From a bacterium (lineage in GTDB: Bacteria; SZUA-182; DTGQ01; JAFGSM01), in NCBI GenBank assembly GCA_049472335.1, contig JBLIRO010000037.1, positions 1-48,888 on the forward strand: a stretch of DNA of 48,888 nucleotides, read 5' to 3'. Positions 25,120 through 35,473 of the stretch are shown here, piece by piece. Under the pieces are notes generated by a model that saw only the letters and a program-made list of their open reading frames with translations, was not told the origin of the DNA and did not search any database. Positions within the stretch are counted from its first letter, which is position 1; every line of letters begins with the position of its first letter. A program made the translations under genes and the position numbers.

Positions 25120-26918
25120 TTTTTGTCCGTGTCCGCTTTTAAAACAGCAAGAAAGGCGTTTTGGGGTATGGATACCGAACCGACCATCTTCATCCTCTTT
25201 TTACCCTTCTTCTGTTTTTCCAAAAGCTTTCTTTTACGGGTGATATCCCCGCCATAACACTTGGCTATAACATCCTTTCTGAAGGGGGAAATGGTTGTGC
25301 GCGCGATAATTGTGTTACCGATAGCACCCTGGATGGGTATTTTGAACATATGTCTCGGGATTTCCTCTTTCAGTCTTTCACATGCGTGAAGAGCCCTGGC
25401 CCTCGCCCTTTCATGGTGAACCAACTGGGAAAGGGCGTCTACTTTCTCACTATTTACAAGTATATCGAGCTTTACGAGCTCTGTAGGCCGGTAATCTATC
25501 AATTCATAGTCGAATGATCCATAGCCCTGAGTAATGGTCTTTAGATAATCATAAAAATCAAAGATCACCTCTGCCAGAGGAAGCTCACAGGTAAGCTCAA
25601 TCCTTTGATGGCCGGTATAGTGAAATTTTGTATTCACGCCTCTGCGGTCCAGGCAGAGTTTCATAACAACCCCCAGGTATTTTTCCGGCATCATAATTGT
25701 GCCTTTTATAAATGGCTCCTCTGAATGTTCGATAAGGGCCGGGTCCGGATACATTGCCGGATTTTCTATAAACATTTCGCTCCAGTCTTTAAGGATAAGG
25801 CGATACCTTACACTGGGTGCGGTGAAAAGAATGGAAAGGCCGAACTCCCGTTCCAGCCTTTCCTGTACTATTTCAAGATGAAGAAGGCCCAGAAATCCAC
25901 ATCTAAATCCAGGGCCAAGGGACGCCGATGAGTCTTTTTCATAAACAAGCGCAGCGTCATTAAGCCTGTATTTCTCCAATGACTCTGCGAGGTCCTCATA
26001 ATCCTCCGTGGAGATAGGATAGATCGAAGAAAAGACCACAGGCTTGGCCTCTCTGAAACCCGGCAAGGGTGAAGAACAGGGGGTTTTTTCCAGGGTTATG
26101 GTATCTCCGCTTCGTGCTTCTCTAACCTCTTTCACACCGGCAATTATGTATCCCACCTCCCCTGCAGAGAGGTTGCCGGCCTTTTCCCTGTCCAGTAAAA
26201 AATGGCCCACTTCCTCTACCTTGTGAGTTGCCTGAGTAGACATGAAACGTATCAGATCCCCTGCCTTTACCTCCCCGTCAAAGATCCTGCAATGGATAAT
26301 GACTCCCCTGAAGGAATCGTACTGGGCATCAAAGACAAGGGCAGAAAGGGGGTTTTTCTCATCGCCCTTTGGAGGAGGAATGCGTTGCACAAGTGCCTCT
26401 AATATCTCATCAATACCGATCCCCTCCTTTGCAGAGCATTTCAGGGTGGCTTCAGGATCAAGGCCCAGCTCGGCATCGATCTCTTCAAGGACTTTATCAG
26501 GATCCGCAGAGGGCAGATCTATCTTGTTAATAACCGGAATGACCTCCAGATCCAGTTCAAGGGCAAGATAAAGATTGGCCAGGGTTTGAGCCTCTACACC
26601 CTGCGCCGCGTCAATCACCAGCAGTACACCCTCACATGCAGCCAGAGATCTTGACACCTCATAGGAAAAATCCACATGACCGGGTGTATCGATAAGGTTC
26701 AGGTAATAATCCCTTCCATCCTTCGCCTTATAAGGAAGGCTGATTGCCTGGCTTTTGATGGTAATTCCCCGTTCCCTTTCGATGTCCATACTATCCAGTA
26801 CCTGGTCTCTGAAATCCCGTTCCGAGATGATCCCTGAATGCTGTATAAGTCTGTCCGCAAGGGTGGACTTACCATGGTCTATATGCGCTATGATACTGAA
26901 ATTTCGTATATTCTGCAT
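25116..26918 (-). CDS. lepA: Elongation factor 4 (LepA)
   Basis: [49 protein letters not shown]. Confidence 0.98.
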   Translation of the reverse strand: MQNIRNFSIIAHIDHGKSTLADRLIQHSGIISERDFRDQVLDSMDIERERGITIKSQAISLPYKAKDGRDYYLNLIDTPGHVDFSYEVSRSLAACEGVLLVIDAAQGVEAQTLANLYLALELDLEVIPVINKIDLPSADPDKVLEEIDAELGLDPEATLKCSAKEGIGIDEILEALVQRIPPPKGDEKNPLSALVFDAQYDSFRGVIIHCRIFDGEVKAGDLIRFMSTQATHKVEEVGHFLLDREKAGNLSAGEVGYIIAGVKEVREARSGDTITLEKTPCSSPLPGFREAKPVVFSSIYPISTEDYEDLAESLEKYRLNDAALVYEKDSSASLGPGFRCGFLGLLHLEIVQERLEREFGLSILFTAPSVRYRLILKDWSEMFIENPAMYPDPALIEHSEEPFIKGTIMMPEKYLGVVMKLCLDRRGVNTKFHYTGHQRIELTCELPLAEVIFDFYDYLKTITQGYGSFDYELIDYRPTELVKLDILVNSEKVDALSQLVHHERARARALHACERLKEEIPRHMFKIPIQGAIGNTIIARTTISPFRKDVIAKCYGGDITRKRKLLEKQKKGKKRMKMVGSVSIPQNAFLAVLKADTDKK

Positions 26919-27180
26919 AATAATATCTGTCCGATCATTGAAAAATAAACGTTTTGTTACTTTACTCTTCCATTACTAAAAAATATTCACCTGGGTTTGC
27001 CTGAGTGTAACGCTTATATCCGGCAGTTTAAATCTGATTTTAGCATGAACGCTAAAAAGATCAAATCCTTTATATTGATGTATTTTTTTGGATTTTGAAC
27101 ATGAAGCAATTTCTTGATATAAATCGTATAATATAGTTGAGTATCATTATCATTTTATTTTAAAGGAAGCATCAATAACA

Positions 27181-27726
27181 ATGCCAATAATCATATCGAT
27201 TGTAGGAACAAGTGATAGCGGAAAGACTATTCTATTGGAAAGGCTGATCCCTGAAATAATAAAAAGGGGATATAGAGTCGGTGTTATTAAGCACAGTGTG
27301 CATGGATTTAATTTGGATCATGAAGGAAAGGATTCATGGAGACATAAGCAGGCGGGGGCCCACACAATTACTTTGTCTTCCCCCACCCAAGTGGCTATGA
27401 TCAAGGAGGTAGAACAGGAATTAACGATCAACGACATAGTCTCTAACTATATGGGTGATATGGATATTATCCTGACCGAAGGTTACAAAAAAGAGAAAAA
27501 ACCAAAGATAGAAATTCTCAGAAAGGATAGCCCGTGTAAGGACCTATTATGCAAGGATGATAAAAACCTGATTGCTGTTGTAACGGATAAAGAAATGGAG
27601 ACCGATGTACCCTGCTTCGGTTCGCAGGATATAGTTCAATTGGTGGATTTTCTTGAAGAAAAACATTTTATGGAAAAGGCCGGGCAGAAGGGGAACAAGG
27701 TTCAAATGGAGGATAACCTTTGCTGA
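27181..27726 (+). CDS. mobB: Molybdopterin-guanine dinucleotide biosynthesis protein B
   Basis: IVGTSDSGKT, VIKH, GKDSWRH, DIILTEGYK. Confidence 0.92.
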   Translation: MPIIISIVGTSDSGKTILLERLIPEIIKRGYRVGVIKHSVHGFNLDHEGKDSWRHKQAGAHTITLSSPTQVAMIKEVEQELTINDIVSNYMGDMDIILTEGYKKEKKPKIEILRKDSPCKDLLCKDDKNLIAVVTDKEMETDVPCFGSQDIVQLVDFLEEKHFMEKAGQKGNKVQMEDNLC

Positions 27727-28340
27727 CCGGAGTCATTCTCGCTGGAGGTAGAGGGGCCCGATTCGGGGAGAATAAGGCCCTCATAGAGATAAACGGCCGG
27801 TATCTCATCGAATGGATCATTGAATCATATAAGGAAATCTTTAATGAGATTATCATATCAACCAATGTCCCTTCAGTATATAAATTTACCGGCATCAAGA
27901 CAGTCAAGGATATAATACCCCACAAAGGGCCTTTAGTAGGCATCTTTTCGGCCCTAAAAGAAAGCCTGAATAACCGGATTTTCGTTTCCGCCTGCGATAT
28001 GCCCTTTATAAAGCCTGCCTTAATTAAATATATGGCAACGAAATCAAAAGAATACGATGTGGTCGTACCGTCACTTGGAGAGGGAATGTTCGAGCCCCTT
28101 CACGCACTTTATAAAAAATCCTGTTTACCTGCCATTGAACGGGCCATCAAATCAAATCAGGCAAGGATTGTCAGCTTTTATTCTGAAGTAAGGGTGTTTG
28201 AGATGGGCAGAGAAGAATTAATGCGTCTGGATCCTGAATTGAGATCCTTCTTCAATATAAATACAAAAGAGGACTTAAAAAAAGCCCGGCAACTTTTTAG
28301 GCCCGGGAGATATATCTCTTCTCACGGGTATCGATCTTGA
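27720..28340 (+). CDS. mobA: Molybdenum cofactor guanylyltransferase
   Basis: GVILAGGRGARFGENKAL, GPLVGI, ACDMPFI, EPLHALY, FNINT. Confidence 0.93.
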   Translation: MLTGVILAGGRGARFGENKALIEINGRYLIEWIIESYKEIFNEIIISTNVPSVYKFTGIKTVKDIIPHKGPLVGIFSALKESLNNRIFVSACDMPFIKPALIKYMATKSKEYDVVVPSLGEGMFEPLHALYKKSCLPAIERAIKSNQARIVSFYSEVRVFEMGREELMRLDPELRSFFNINTKEDLKKARQLFRPGRYISSHGYRS

Positions 28341-28866
28341 TGCGCTCGCCATCTTTCATATACGCAGGCACCTGTATCACGAGGCCGGTTTCGGTAACTG
28401 CTGACTTGGTCTGAGCCGTCACTGTGGAACCCTTTAGAACAGGGTCACACTCGACAATCGTCTGCTCAACAGTAATGGGAAGATCTATATTAATGACATG
28501 TCCTTTAAATATATGCAAAACTACCTCAAGTCCTTCCATTAAAAAAGGCTTTCTATCCCCAATCTGCTCTTCATGAAGGGTGTGTTGCTCGTAGCTTTCC
28601 ATATCCATGAAAACATATTCCTCATTATTCTGATAGAGGAATTGCCCTGATCTTCGTTCAAAATCAGGCTCTTCAACCGTATCACCTCCCTTGAAAGTCA
28701 TATCTATGACATTACCGGTCAGCAGGTTTCTCCCCTTGATCTTGATAAGCATGTTGGCGCCTCGAGCCGAAGGGGTCTGCTTTGTAATATCAATGACGAT
28801 AAAGGGTATGCTGTCCTTTTGAAATACCTCCCCCCTTTTCAATTCATTCACGATTATCTGTGCCAT
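28297..28866 (-). CDS. Elongation factor P family, EfpL/YeiP-type (Arg at loop tip)
   Basis: EF-P fold (FMDMESYEQ, ETGLVIQVPAY, IDTR..RYISRA) with loop QTPSARGA rather than KPGKG. Confidence 0.85.
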   Translation of the reverse strand: MAQIIVNELKRGEVFQKDSIPFIVIDITKQTPSARGANMLIKIKGRNLLTGNVIDMTFKGGDTVEEPDFERRSGQFLYQNNEEYVFMDMESYEQHTLHEEQIGDRKPFLMEGLEVVLHIFKGHVINIDLPITVEQTIVECDPVLKGSTVTAQTKSAVTETGLVIQVPAYMKDGERIKIDTREKRYISRA

Positions 28867-29212
28867 GTTATTCTATCTCTCTATTATTAATTTATTTTTA
28901 ACGGATTAGTTGTTATAAATCTCATTCTCTTATACTAATATTGTAACATGGATTATGGTTTTGTAACCATAGGTTTTTATAACATTAAATTCATCCCGTT
29001 TGAGTATCTTAATTCGAAAAGATATACTTTATATAGAAAAAAATAATTAGTAAAGGACAGGGGAATTTTGAAGCCCTGTCTGAAGAAAAAAGGCCTGTCT
29101 TTTTTTTATTTATGGCTAAATGTCCGGTGGTAGCTAAAGATCTTGACTGTAACATTAAGGACGTAATTTTATATTATAATAACAACAAAACTAAAATTTT
29201 AAAAGAATCTAT

Positions 29213-29758
29213 CTAAAACGACCACCAGGGTTTTACATAAACCGGTGATCTCATTACTGCAAAGCCACCTCTTTCTTCATAAACAACAGCTTCCATTAAA
29301 TATTGCCCGGGGAAGTTTGGAGAAAAACTCCACCCGAGAGATCTATTCATATATTGCCCTGTAGATCCGAAACTAGAAGATGAATACAACTGATCGGCAT
29401 CCGGATCTATAACCCAATAATTAAATGAAGATGATTGTCCGGCCTTTATCACCATAGGACTTGTAGGACTATATACGGGGACCGGAGGGTGATTCAGCCA
29501 ACCCGACATAGAACTTAAATTAAAGTCAGAGGATCTCAAAAATGATGCAGGATTTTGATAATTATACAGACTTTGGCTGTAATTCGTTAAATAATCACCT
29601 TGATTTAAAATAGTCCAGGAATTGGATGAAGAAATGGCGCCCAGATCAATAAAGGTTTGATCATAATATCGCTGGAAATCATATGTTTGAGCATAACTCG
29701 TTGAATTTAATGCTAAAAAAATAATCATAAAAACAACGAGAACTGTACACCTTTTCAT
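29213..29758 (-). CDS. Secreted hypothetical protein, Ser/Tyr/Gln-rich N-half and Ig-like C-half
   Basis: Signal peptide ending SYA-Q; DPDADQL...WSFSPNFPGQY; RBS GGAGG. Confidence 0.7.
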   Translation of the reverse strand: MKRCTVLVVFMIIFLALNSTSYAQTYDFQRYYDQTFIDLGAISSSNSWTILNQGDYLTNYSQSLYNYQNPASFLRSSDFNLSSMSGWLNHPPVPVYSPTSPMVIKAGQSSSFNYWVIDPDADQLYSSSSFGSTGQYMNRSLGWSFSPNFPGQYLMEAVVYEERGGFAVMRSPVYVKPWWSF

Positions 29759-29791
29759 GATCTTTCCCTCCTTTTATATGAAATTATGCAA

Positions 29792-29840
29792 TTTTCATCA
29801 ACTATTCAAAAACCACACAGTTTTTGAGTAGTTATGAAAT
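29792..29840. repeat. REP/MITE-like palindrome, related to the ends of 32598-32757
   Basis: AACTATTCAAAAAC-CACACA-GTTTTTGAGTAGTT with extended flanking pairing. Confidence 0.55.
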
Positions 29841-30181
29841 TTTTGATATAGATCTGTTTTTGAATGCGCTATTATTTCAGACGACGATATCTTCCAGGAA
29901 TTACGCATGATAGGATGAAAGATGTCATAAGAGAATAAAATTTAAAAATCGACTGGAAAATGGGGAAGATCAAATTCAAATTTGAGAATAGAATGTTTAT
30001 TATTCTTCAGGCAAGTCAGCAAAATTTTGTTTTAACAACCTTGGCAACCTTTAATTGAAATCCTGAAAAATGCATGAGGTATTCAAAATACTCATCCCAA
30101 TAAAACAGTATCCATAATTTTCATTATTTAAATTTATGAAGGTTTAAACTGCCGTTTAAAGTCTCCCAAAATAATCAAAAT

Positions 30182-30592
30182 CTATTGAGTGGCAGAGGAT
30201 GCGCCTAACAAATGATTGATACTTTTAATTAAATCATCCATATCGAAAGGTTTATACATCATTTGATCCGCAGCGCTAAACTCCATGAAGAATTTCTCTC
30301 TTTCAGGATCATTATCCAACCGACGAGCTGTCAATAATAATACAATAATATCCTTGGATATCTTTCCAACCTTCATAGCTTCTTTAATAAAACGTGAGAC
30401 TCTATAACCATTCTCTTTAGGTAACATTACATCAAGCACAACAAGATCCGGCATTTGTTCTCCGACCTTGTCCAATGCCTCATGCCCATCATAAGCGGTT
30501 AATACATCAAAATTCTCTTGCTCTAAGCGAAATTTGATGGTTTCCACAATATCAGGTTCATCATCCACTATAAGGATCTTTTTTTTCAACAT
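30182..30592 (-). CDS. Single-domain response regulator
   Basis: ILIVDDE, DLVVLDVMLP, LLTA, KPF. Confidence 0.92.
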   Translation of the reverse strand: MLKKKILIVDDEPDIVETIKFRLEQENFDVLTAYDGHEALDKVGEQMPDLVVLDVMLPKENGYRVSRFIKEAMKVGKISKDIIVLLLTARRLDNDPEREKFFMEFSAADQMMYKPFDMDDLIKSINHLLGASSATQ

Positions 30593-30821
30593 AAACTTTC
30601 CTCCTTACCAAGCTCAGGGTCCAGAATAAACTTTAAAATTCCAGGCCAAACACCAATCAATCTTGGCGTTTCTCAAAGCAACACTTGCTCATGCATTTTA
30701 ACTGATCCCACCTGATCTCTCTCAAACAACAAAAATATTGCTATTATTTTATCATAAAAATTATAATATCGTAAATCATATTATAAATATGAAAATTTGA
30801 AAATATCTTAAAAAATTTATT

Positions 30822-32261
30822 TTATATCTCTTCATTTATTTTTTGTATTAATATGTCTCCGCTAATCCCTTCATCCGGGTAGCTGGCTTTTCCAAGAGCC
30901 AAGCCTGTCTTAAACGCTTTATTTCCAGACACGAATCCATGTTTTGAGAATTCATCCAAAATCCTTTTCTCTACAACAAGGCACCCTTCTTTAGGTGTAC
31001 CGTTCAATACAACTATTACGCGTCCGTCCAACCTCTGATACTCCAAAACGTCTCTGTCTTTGCGTATGCTGTCATAAACAATACGGCAGACCTGATCCAT
31101 AAGTTTAAATGTCTCTTTATCTCCAAAAGTTTTCTTTAGATACTCGAAATTCTCCAGTTTAACCAGCATCAGTGAAAAGATACTTCTATCTTCCTTCGAG
31201 TGATTGATAGCATTTTCAACTAAATTGGCCAAAATCCTTTGACTGTTATATTGGGGAAGCATAAAAGAAAATTTGGTTCCCCTCTCAGGCTCGCTTTCAA
31301 CCCATATCCTTCCTTTATGTGCCTCTATAAGGCCTTTGGTAATAGCAAGACCTAAACCGGTTCCCTGTCTACATGTAGTACTCAGGGATTTTTCAGCCTG
31401 ATAGAATTTGTCGAATACCCTTTCTAAATCCTCGGGTTTTATACCAATGCCGTTATCTTCTATTGATATTTCAATAAATCTATCACCCTCTGACTCTGCA
31501 TTGAGGGATTCTTTGACCGAAACGCTGACATGCCCGCCATCATTAGTAAATTTAATACTATTGTCAATAAGATTTATAAATACTTGCTCAAGTTTATTAG
31601 TATCTCCATGGACCAAAGGTGACTCACAGGATAACTCCTTAGAAATTGTGATAGATTTATTTTCGGCCCTGGCTTTAAGAGATGTTATCGCCGCATCAAT
31701 AGGCTCATTTAAGTTAAGGCATGTAAACATGTACTTCATTTTTCCTGCCGTCATTTTGGAAAAATCCAGAAGCTCACCAATAAGATTCATTAGTCTTTGG
31801 ATATTTCTGGCGGCAATTTCCAGAAATCTCTTTTGATTTTCATTTATATCACCGGCCTTTTCCCCCTGAATGATATCCACCGCATTTTTTACACTAGTAA
31901 GCGGGCTCCTGAGCTCATGACTCACCACATTTATTAGATCCGTCTTCATCTCATCAAACTCTTTTAATGTTTGAATACGTATCTCATTTTCTACTAAGAA
32001 ATGTTTAAGTTTCTTTATCTCCCTCTCCTTGATTATCAGATAGCTGCAAAACAGAATTATAAATATGACGAATCCTATAAGAAAAACGTTCATATTGTAC
32101 TTGGTAAGCATTCTTTCGCTAACTTCAAAACTACCCCCGTAAAAGAATACTAATACTATAAAAGCAGTAAGACACACCAATAAGATTAGTGTTATGGTCC
32201 ATAGCTGCCAATCTCTTCTATCTAAATCTTGTATTCGAGTGATCTCTTGCTTCTTAGCCAT
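30822..32261 (-). CDS. Membrane sensor histidine kinase with a C-terminal degenerate GGDEF-like domain
   Basis: Two TM helices; SHELRSPL, NSIKFT, DNGIG, GTGLGL; C-terminal FSLMLVKL..F...FG...ASYPDEG fold without the GGDEF motif. Confidence 0.85.
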   Translation of the reverse strand: MAKKQEITRIQDLDRRDWQLWTITLILLVCLTAFIVLVFFYGGSFEVSERMLTKYNMNVFLIGFVIFIILFCSYLIIKEREIKKLKHFLVENEIRIQTLKEFDEMKTDLINVVSHELRSPLTSVKNAVDIIQGEKAGDINENQKRFLEIAARNIQRLMNLIGELLDFSKMTAGKMKYMFTCLNLNEPIDAAITSLKARAENKSITISKELSCESPLVHGDTNKLEQVFINLIDNSIKFTNDGGHVSVSVKESLNAESEGDRFIEISIEDNGIGIKPEDLERVFDKFYQAEKSLSTTCRQGTGLGLAITKGLIEAHKGRIWVESEPERGTKFSFMLPQYNSQRILANLVENAINHSKEDRSIFSLMLVKLENFEYLKKTFGDKETFKLMDQVCRIVYDSIRKDRDVLEYQRLDGRVIVVLNGTPKEGCLVVEKRILDEFSKHGFVSGNKAFKTGLALGKASYPDEGISGDILIQKINEEI

Positions 32262-32597
32262 CTATCATCCCCCCCAAATCTTTCCGAAAGGCATTTTATT
32301 ATTAACCATCTAAAATTATATTATCTGGCGTGATTTTATGGATTGATTCCTTTTTAAATGGGTATTTCCATCAGAAAATAAATCCTTTCTATAACTACCT
32401 ATAACTATATTTATATTTTCGGGAATCTCGTCCATTTCCTTCTGGTATTAAAAATTTCATAACATTTTAGTTTTTTAAAAATGTTACAAATTTTCCTGAT
32501 TATCGACAAGTATATTTCATATTTTTTAAACCTGTCAATATTAATTTTCAAGGGTCCAGCAGGGCAACCTTTTTCTCTCTTGTATAGGTATAGTTTT

Positions 32598-32757
32598 GTA
32601 ACCTCTCAAAATCCCGGTAGGATCTTGAAAAGAATTGCAAAATGCAAATTGCAAATTTAAAAATTCAAGATAATGTATTCCTTAAATTTTCATTTTTCAT
32701 TTTGCATTTTGCAATTTTCATTAACTGATCTAAAACCACACTTTTTTGGGCAGTTAT
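32598..32757. repeat. Composite palindromic element: MITE-like ends enclosing an inverted heptamer (TGCAAAA-type) array
   Basis: AATTGCAAAATGCAAATTGCAAA... (32633-32669) inverted against ...TTTTCATTTTGCATTTTGCAATT (32681-32716); outer GTAACCTCTCAAAA / TTTTGGGCAGTTAT. Confidence 0.6.
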
Positions 32758-32896
32758 ATAGTGAGTTGCTTTACCCATTTTTTTTTATTGTAATCAGATG
32801 AATCATCTTGTAAAATTAACAAACGATTCAAGCTTTTGGTCTATAAATGACAACTTGTAAATTAAATGCCTAAAATATTTAAAGGAGAGATAGATC

Positions 32897-33820
32897 ATGC
32901 CTGGTATGTCAAAAACAAATAAGATCTGGTTCAACGGAGAATTTGTCAATTGGGATGATGCCAAAATTCATGTACTATCCCATGTAGTTCACTATGGATC
33001 AAGCATTTTTGAAGGGATGCGTTGTTACAATACCAAAGGAGGACCGGCCTGTTTTCGATTAAAGGACCACGTAAACCGGCTTTTTGACTCTGCCAAAATA
33101 TATCGGATGCCAATTCCTTATAACAGGGAAGAAATAACAAAAGCGATCCTTGAAACGATTCGAGTGAACGGCCTAAAATCATGCTATATTCGACCAATCG
33201 TCTTTAGGGGATACGGAGAGTTAGGGGTTAATCCAACCACATGTCCTGTCCATACGGTTATTGCAGTATGGGAATGGGGCGCGTACCTTGGCCAGGATGC
33301 CCTGGAAAAAGGGGTATCCGTGCGTTTTTCTTCCTGGAACAGGTTGGCTCCAAATACTATGCCTGCAATTGCGAAGGCCGGTGCTAATTACATGAACTCC
33401 CAATTAATCAAAATGGAAGCAAATGTTGACGGTTATATGGAAGGGATTGGGCTGGATACAATGGGCTATGTAAGCGAAGGAGGCGGTGAAAACATCTTTA
33501 TGGCAAAGAATGGCAAGCTTTACACCCCGTCTACAGGTTCATCCATACTGCCCGGGATTACGCGACATTCAGTAATTGTCCTGGCACGAGAGCTTGGCTA
33601 TACCGTAAACGCACGTTCCATACCCAGGGAAGCCCTCTATATCGCGGATGAAGTCTTCTTTACAGGCAGCGCTGCCGAAATAACACCAATCGCGCAGATA
33701 GACAGAATAGAAATCGGAAACGGGACATGTGGTCCCATTACAAAGTTATTACAGGAGGCCTTTTTCAAAATCACATCCGGGGATGCGGGAGATCGACATG
33801 GATGGCTTACATATGTCTGA
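32897..33820 (+). CDS. ilvE: Branched-chain amino acid aminotransferase
   Basis: [22 protein letters not shown] (PLP Lys), [24 protein letters not shown]. Confidence 0.96.
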   Translation: MPGMSKTNKIWFNGEFVNWDDAKIHVLSHVVHYGSSIFEGMRCYNTKGGPACFRLKDHVNRLFDSAKIYRMPIPYNREEITKAILETIRVNGLKSCYIRPIVFRGYGELGVNPTTCPVHTVIAVWEWGAYLGQDALEKGVSVRFSSWNRLAPNTMPAIAKAGANYMNSQLIKMEANVDGYMEGIGLDTMGYVSEGGGENIFMAKNGKLYTPSTGSSILPGITRHSVIVLARELGYTVNARSIPREALYIADEVFFTGSAAEITPIAQIDRIEIGNGTCGPITKLLQEAFFKITSGDAGDRHGWLTYV

Positions 33821-33827
33821 GAACAAT

Positions 33828-33862
33828 AAAAAAAAAGGGCCCGTATAAAAATGCGGGCCCTT
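33828..33862 (-). terminator. Rho-independent terminator (U-tract on - strand; possibly bidirectional)
   Basis: AAGGGCCCGTAT-AAAA-ATGCGGGCCCTT preceded by an A9 run. Confidence 0.8.
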
Positions 33863-33890
33863 GAGTCAATATAATCAGTAATTTTTTATA

Positions 33891-34618
33891 TTAAATAAGG
33901 CCGGGAAAGGTCATTCCGGTCAGGCCTAAACCGGTCGTACTAAGGCTGCCAAGTCCCAGGCCGAAGCCTCCGAGTCCACCCATCATATCATCAATGGGGG
34001 CATAATGCCGCTAAGGCCCATGAGTCCGCTGCTTAAACCAAGGCCGCTAAGGCCCATGAGTCCGCCGCCTAATCCAAAACCGCCAAGGCCCATAAGGCCG
34101 CTGCCTAATCCAAGGCCGCCAAGCCCCATGAGTCCGCCTAAGCCGCTGCCATACATTCCGTAACCACCAAACATATAGGGAGTAGCTGAATTGGTGCCGT
34201 ATCCAAACTGGGAACCCAGGCCAAACATACTTCCCAGGCCACTGCCAAGACCGTACATGCCATAACCACCTAAACCACCATACATACCAAATAGACTGCT
34301 ACCATAACCGGAGCCGTACATTCCGTAACCACCTAAACCGCCATACATGCCATATAGGCCGCTACCATAACCGGAACCGTACATTCCGTAACCGCCTAAA
34401 CCACCATACATGCCATATAGGCCGCTACCATAACCGGAGCCGTACATTCCGTAACCGGTTCCATACATACCATACAAGCCGCTGCCAAGACCGGTTCCGT
34501 ACATACCGTAATAACCGGTTGTAAATTGAGCAAAACACAAATTAGAGGATACCAATAAAATCCCCAAAAAGACGATCGATAAAAATAAAACACTTTTAAC
34601 CATAGTTTTATGTAACAT
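33891..34618 (-). CDS. Secreted Gly/Tyr/Met-rich repeat protein with an apparent 1-nt frameshift near 34005 (called ORF stops at 33983)
   Basis: Signal peptide ending CFA-Q; three 60-nt/20-aa repeats GYGMYGSGYGSGLYGMYGGL; Gly-rich reading resumes in another frame to TAA at 33891. Confidence 0.75.
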
Positions 34619-34826
34619 ACTTTTTAACCTCGTTGTAATAAGTTTTAAAAAATGATGAATTGATTAAAGACCTTATTGTCTCTTATTAAAGATATTGAAC
34701 AGTAAATTAGCAAAGGCAAGAACAATTAGAAACTTATAATAATCACCACCTATCCCCCTTTTCTGTTTCTGCAATTGATAGTTTTTGTTTAGACGAAAAG
34801 TTTTGCATTTCTTTACGATTTATTTT

Positions 34827-35189
34827 TTACTGCAATAAAGTTTTCAAAATATTATCTAATTCAAAAAATAAATTGCTGCTTTTTTTGATACACTTATATG
34901 CTCCCAGCTTCTTTGCCTTGGAAAGCTCTTCATTATCGAGATATGAAGAGACCATTATGACCTTTTTATTTGGATTTAATTCTAAAGTATATTTTAGAAT
35001 ATCAAGACCTTCTCCATCCTTAAGTCTCATATCCAACAAAATAAGATCATATTCTTTAATATTTATTTTATTTTTAAATTCCTCACAGGAAATACATATT
35101 TCCACATCGTAGACTTTTTGTGACAGATGGTATTTTATTGCATTGCAAAAGATAGGATTGTCATCGATAACCAAAATTTTTTTAATCAA
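34827..35189 (-). CDS. Single-domain response regulator (TTG start)
   Basis: ILVIDDN, DLILLDMRL, IMVSS. Confidence 0.85.
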   Translation of the reverse strand: MIKKILVIDDNPIFCNAIKYHLSQKVYDVEICISCEEFKNKINIKEYDLILLDMRLKDGEGLDILKYTLELNPNKKVIMVSSYLDNEELSKAKKLGAYKCIKKSSNLFFELDNILKTLLQ

Positions 35190-35329
35190 AGTAACCTCTA
35201 AAATTCCTGTTTCAAATGAGATTGAGCCTAAAGATCAAGCTGAATAAAAAATTCGTAATCCAGGATTCCGATCGTGAATGAAGATCTTTTTCCACTTCGA
35301 ACGGCAATCATTGACATGAGAACAAGACG

Positions 35330-35469
35330 GCATTTTCTATGCCAAAATAAAAATTGTTGTTTTTGCTGGATGGAACAGCTATTGAGATGAATTAATGTTT
35401 CAAAATGAGACTGTTATCCGTCTCTTATAATCCCGGAATGAAACTGAAAATGGTAACCCGAAATGAGTC
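35330..35469 (-). promoter_or_regulatory. Sigma-54 promoter plus upstream enhancer-like sites
   Basis: TGGCATAGAAAATGC on - strand (35344-35330; GG-N10-GC); GTTTCAAAATGAGAC (35397), ATCCCGGAATGAAAC (35430), AACCCGAAATGAGTC (35455). Confidence 0.6.
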
Positions 35470-35473
35470 TTTT

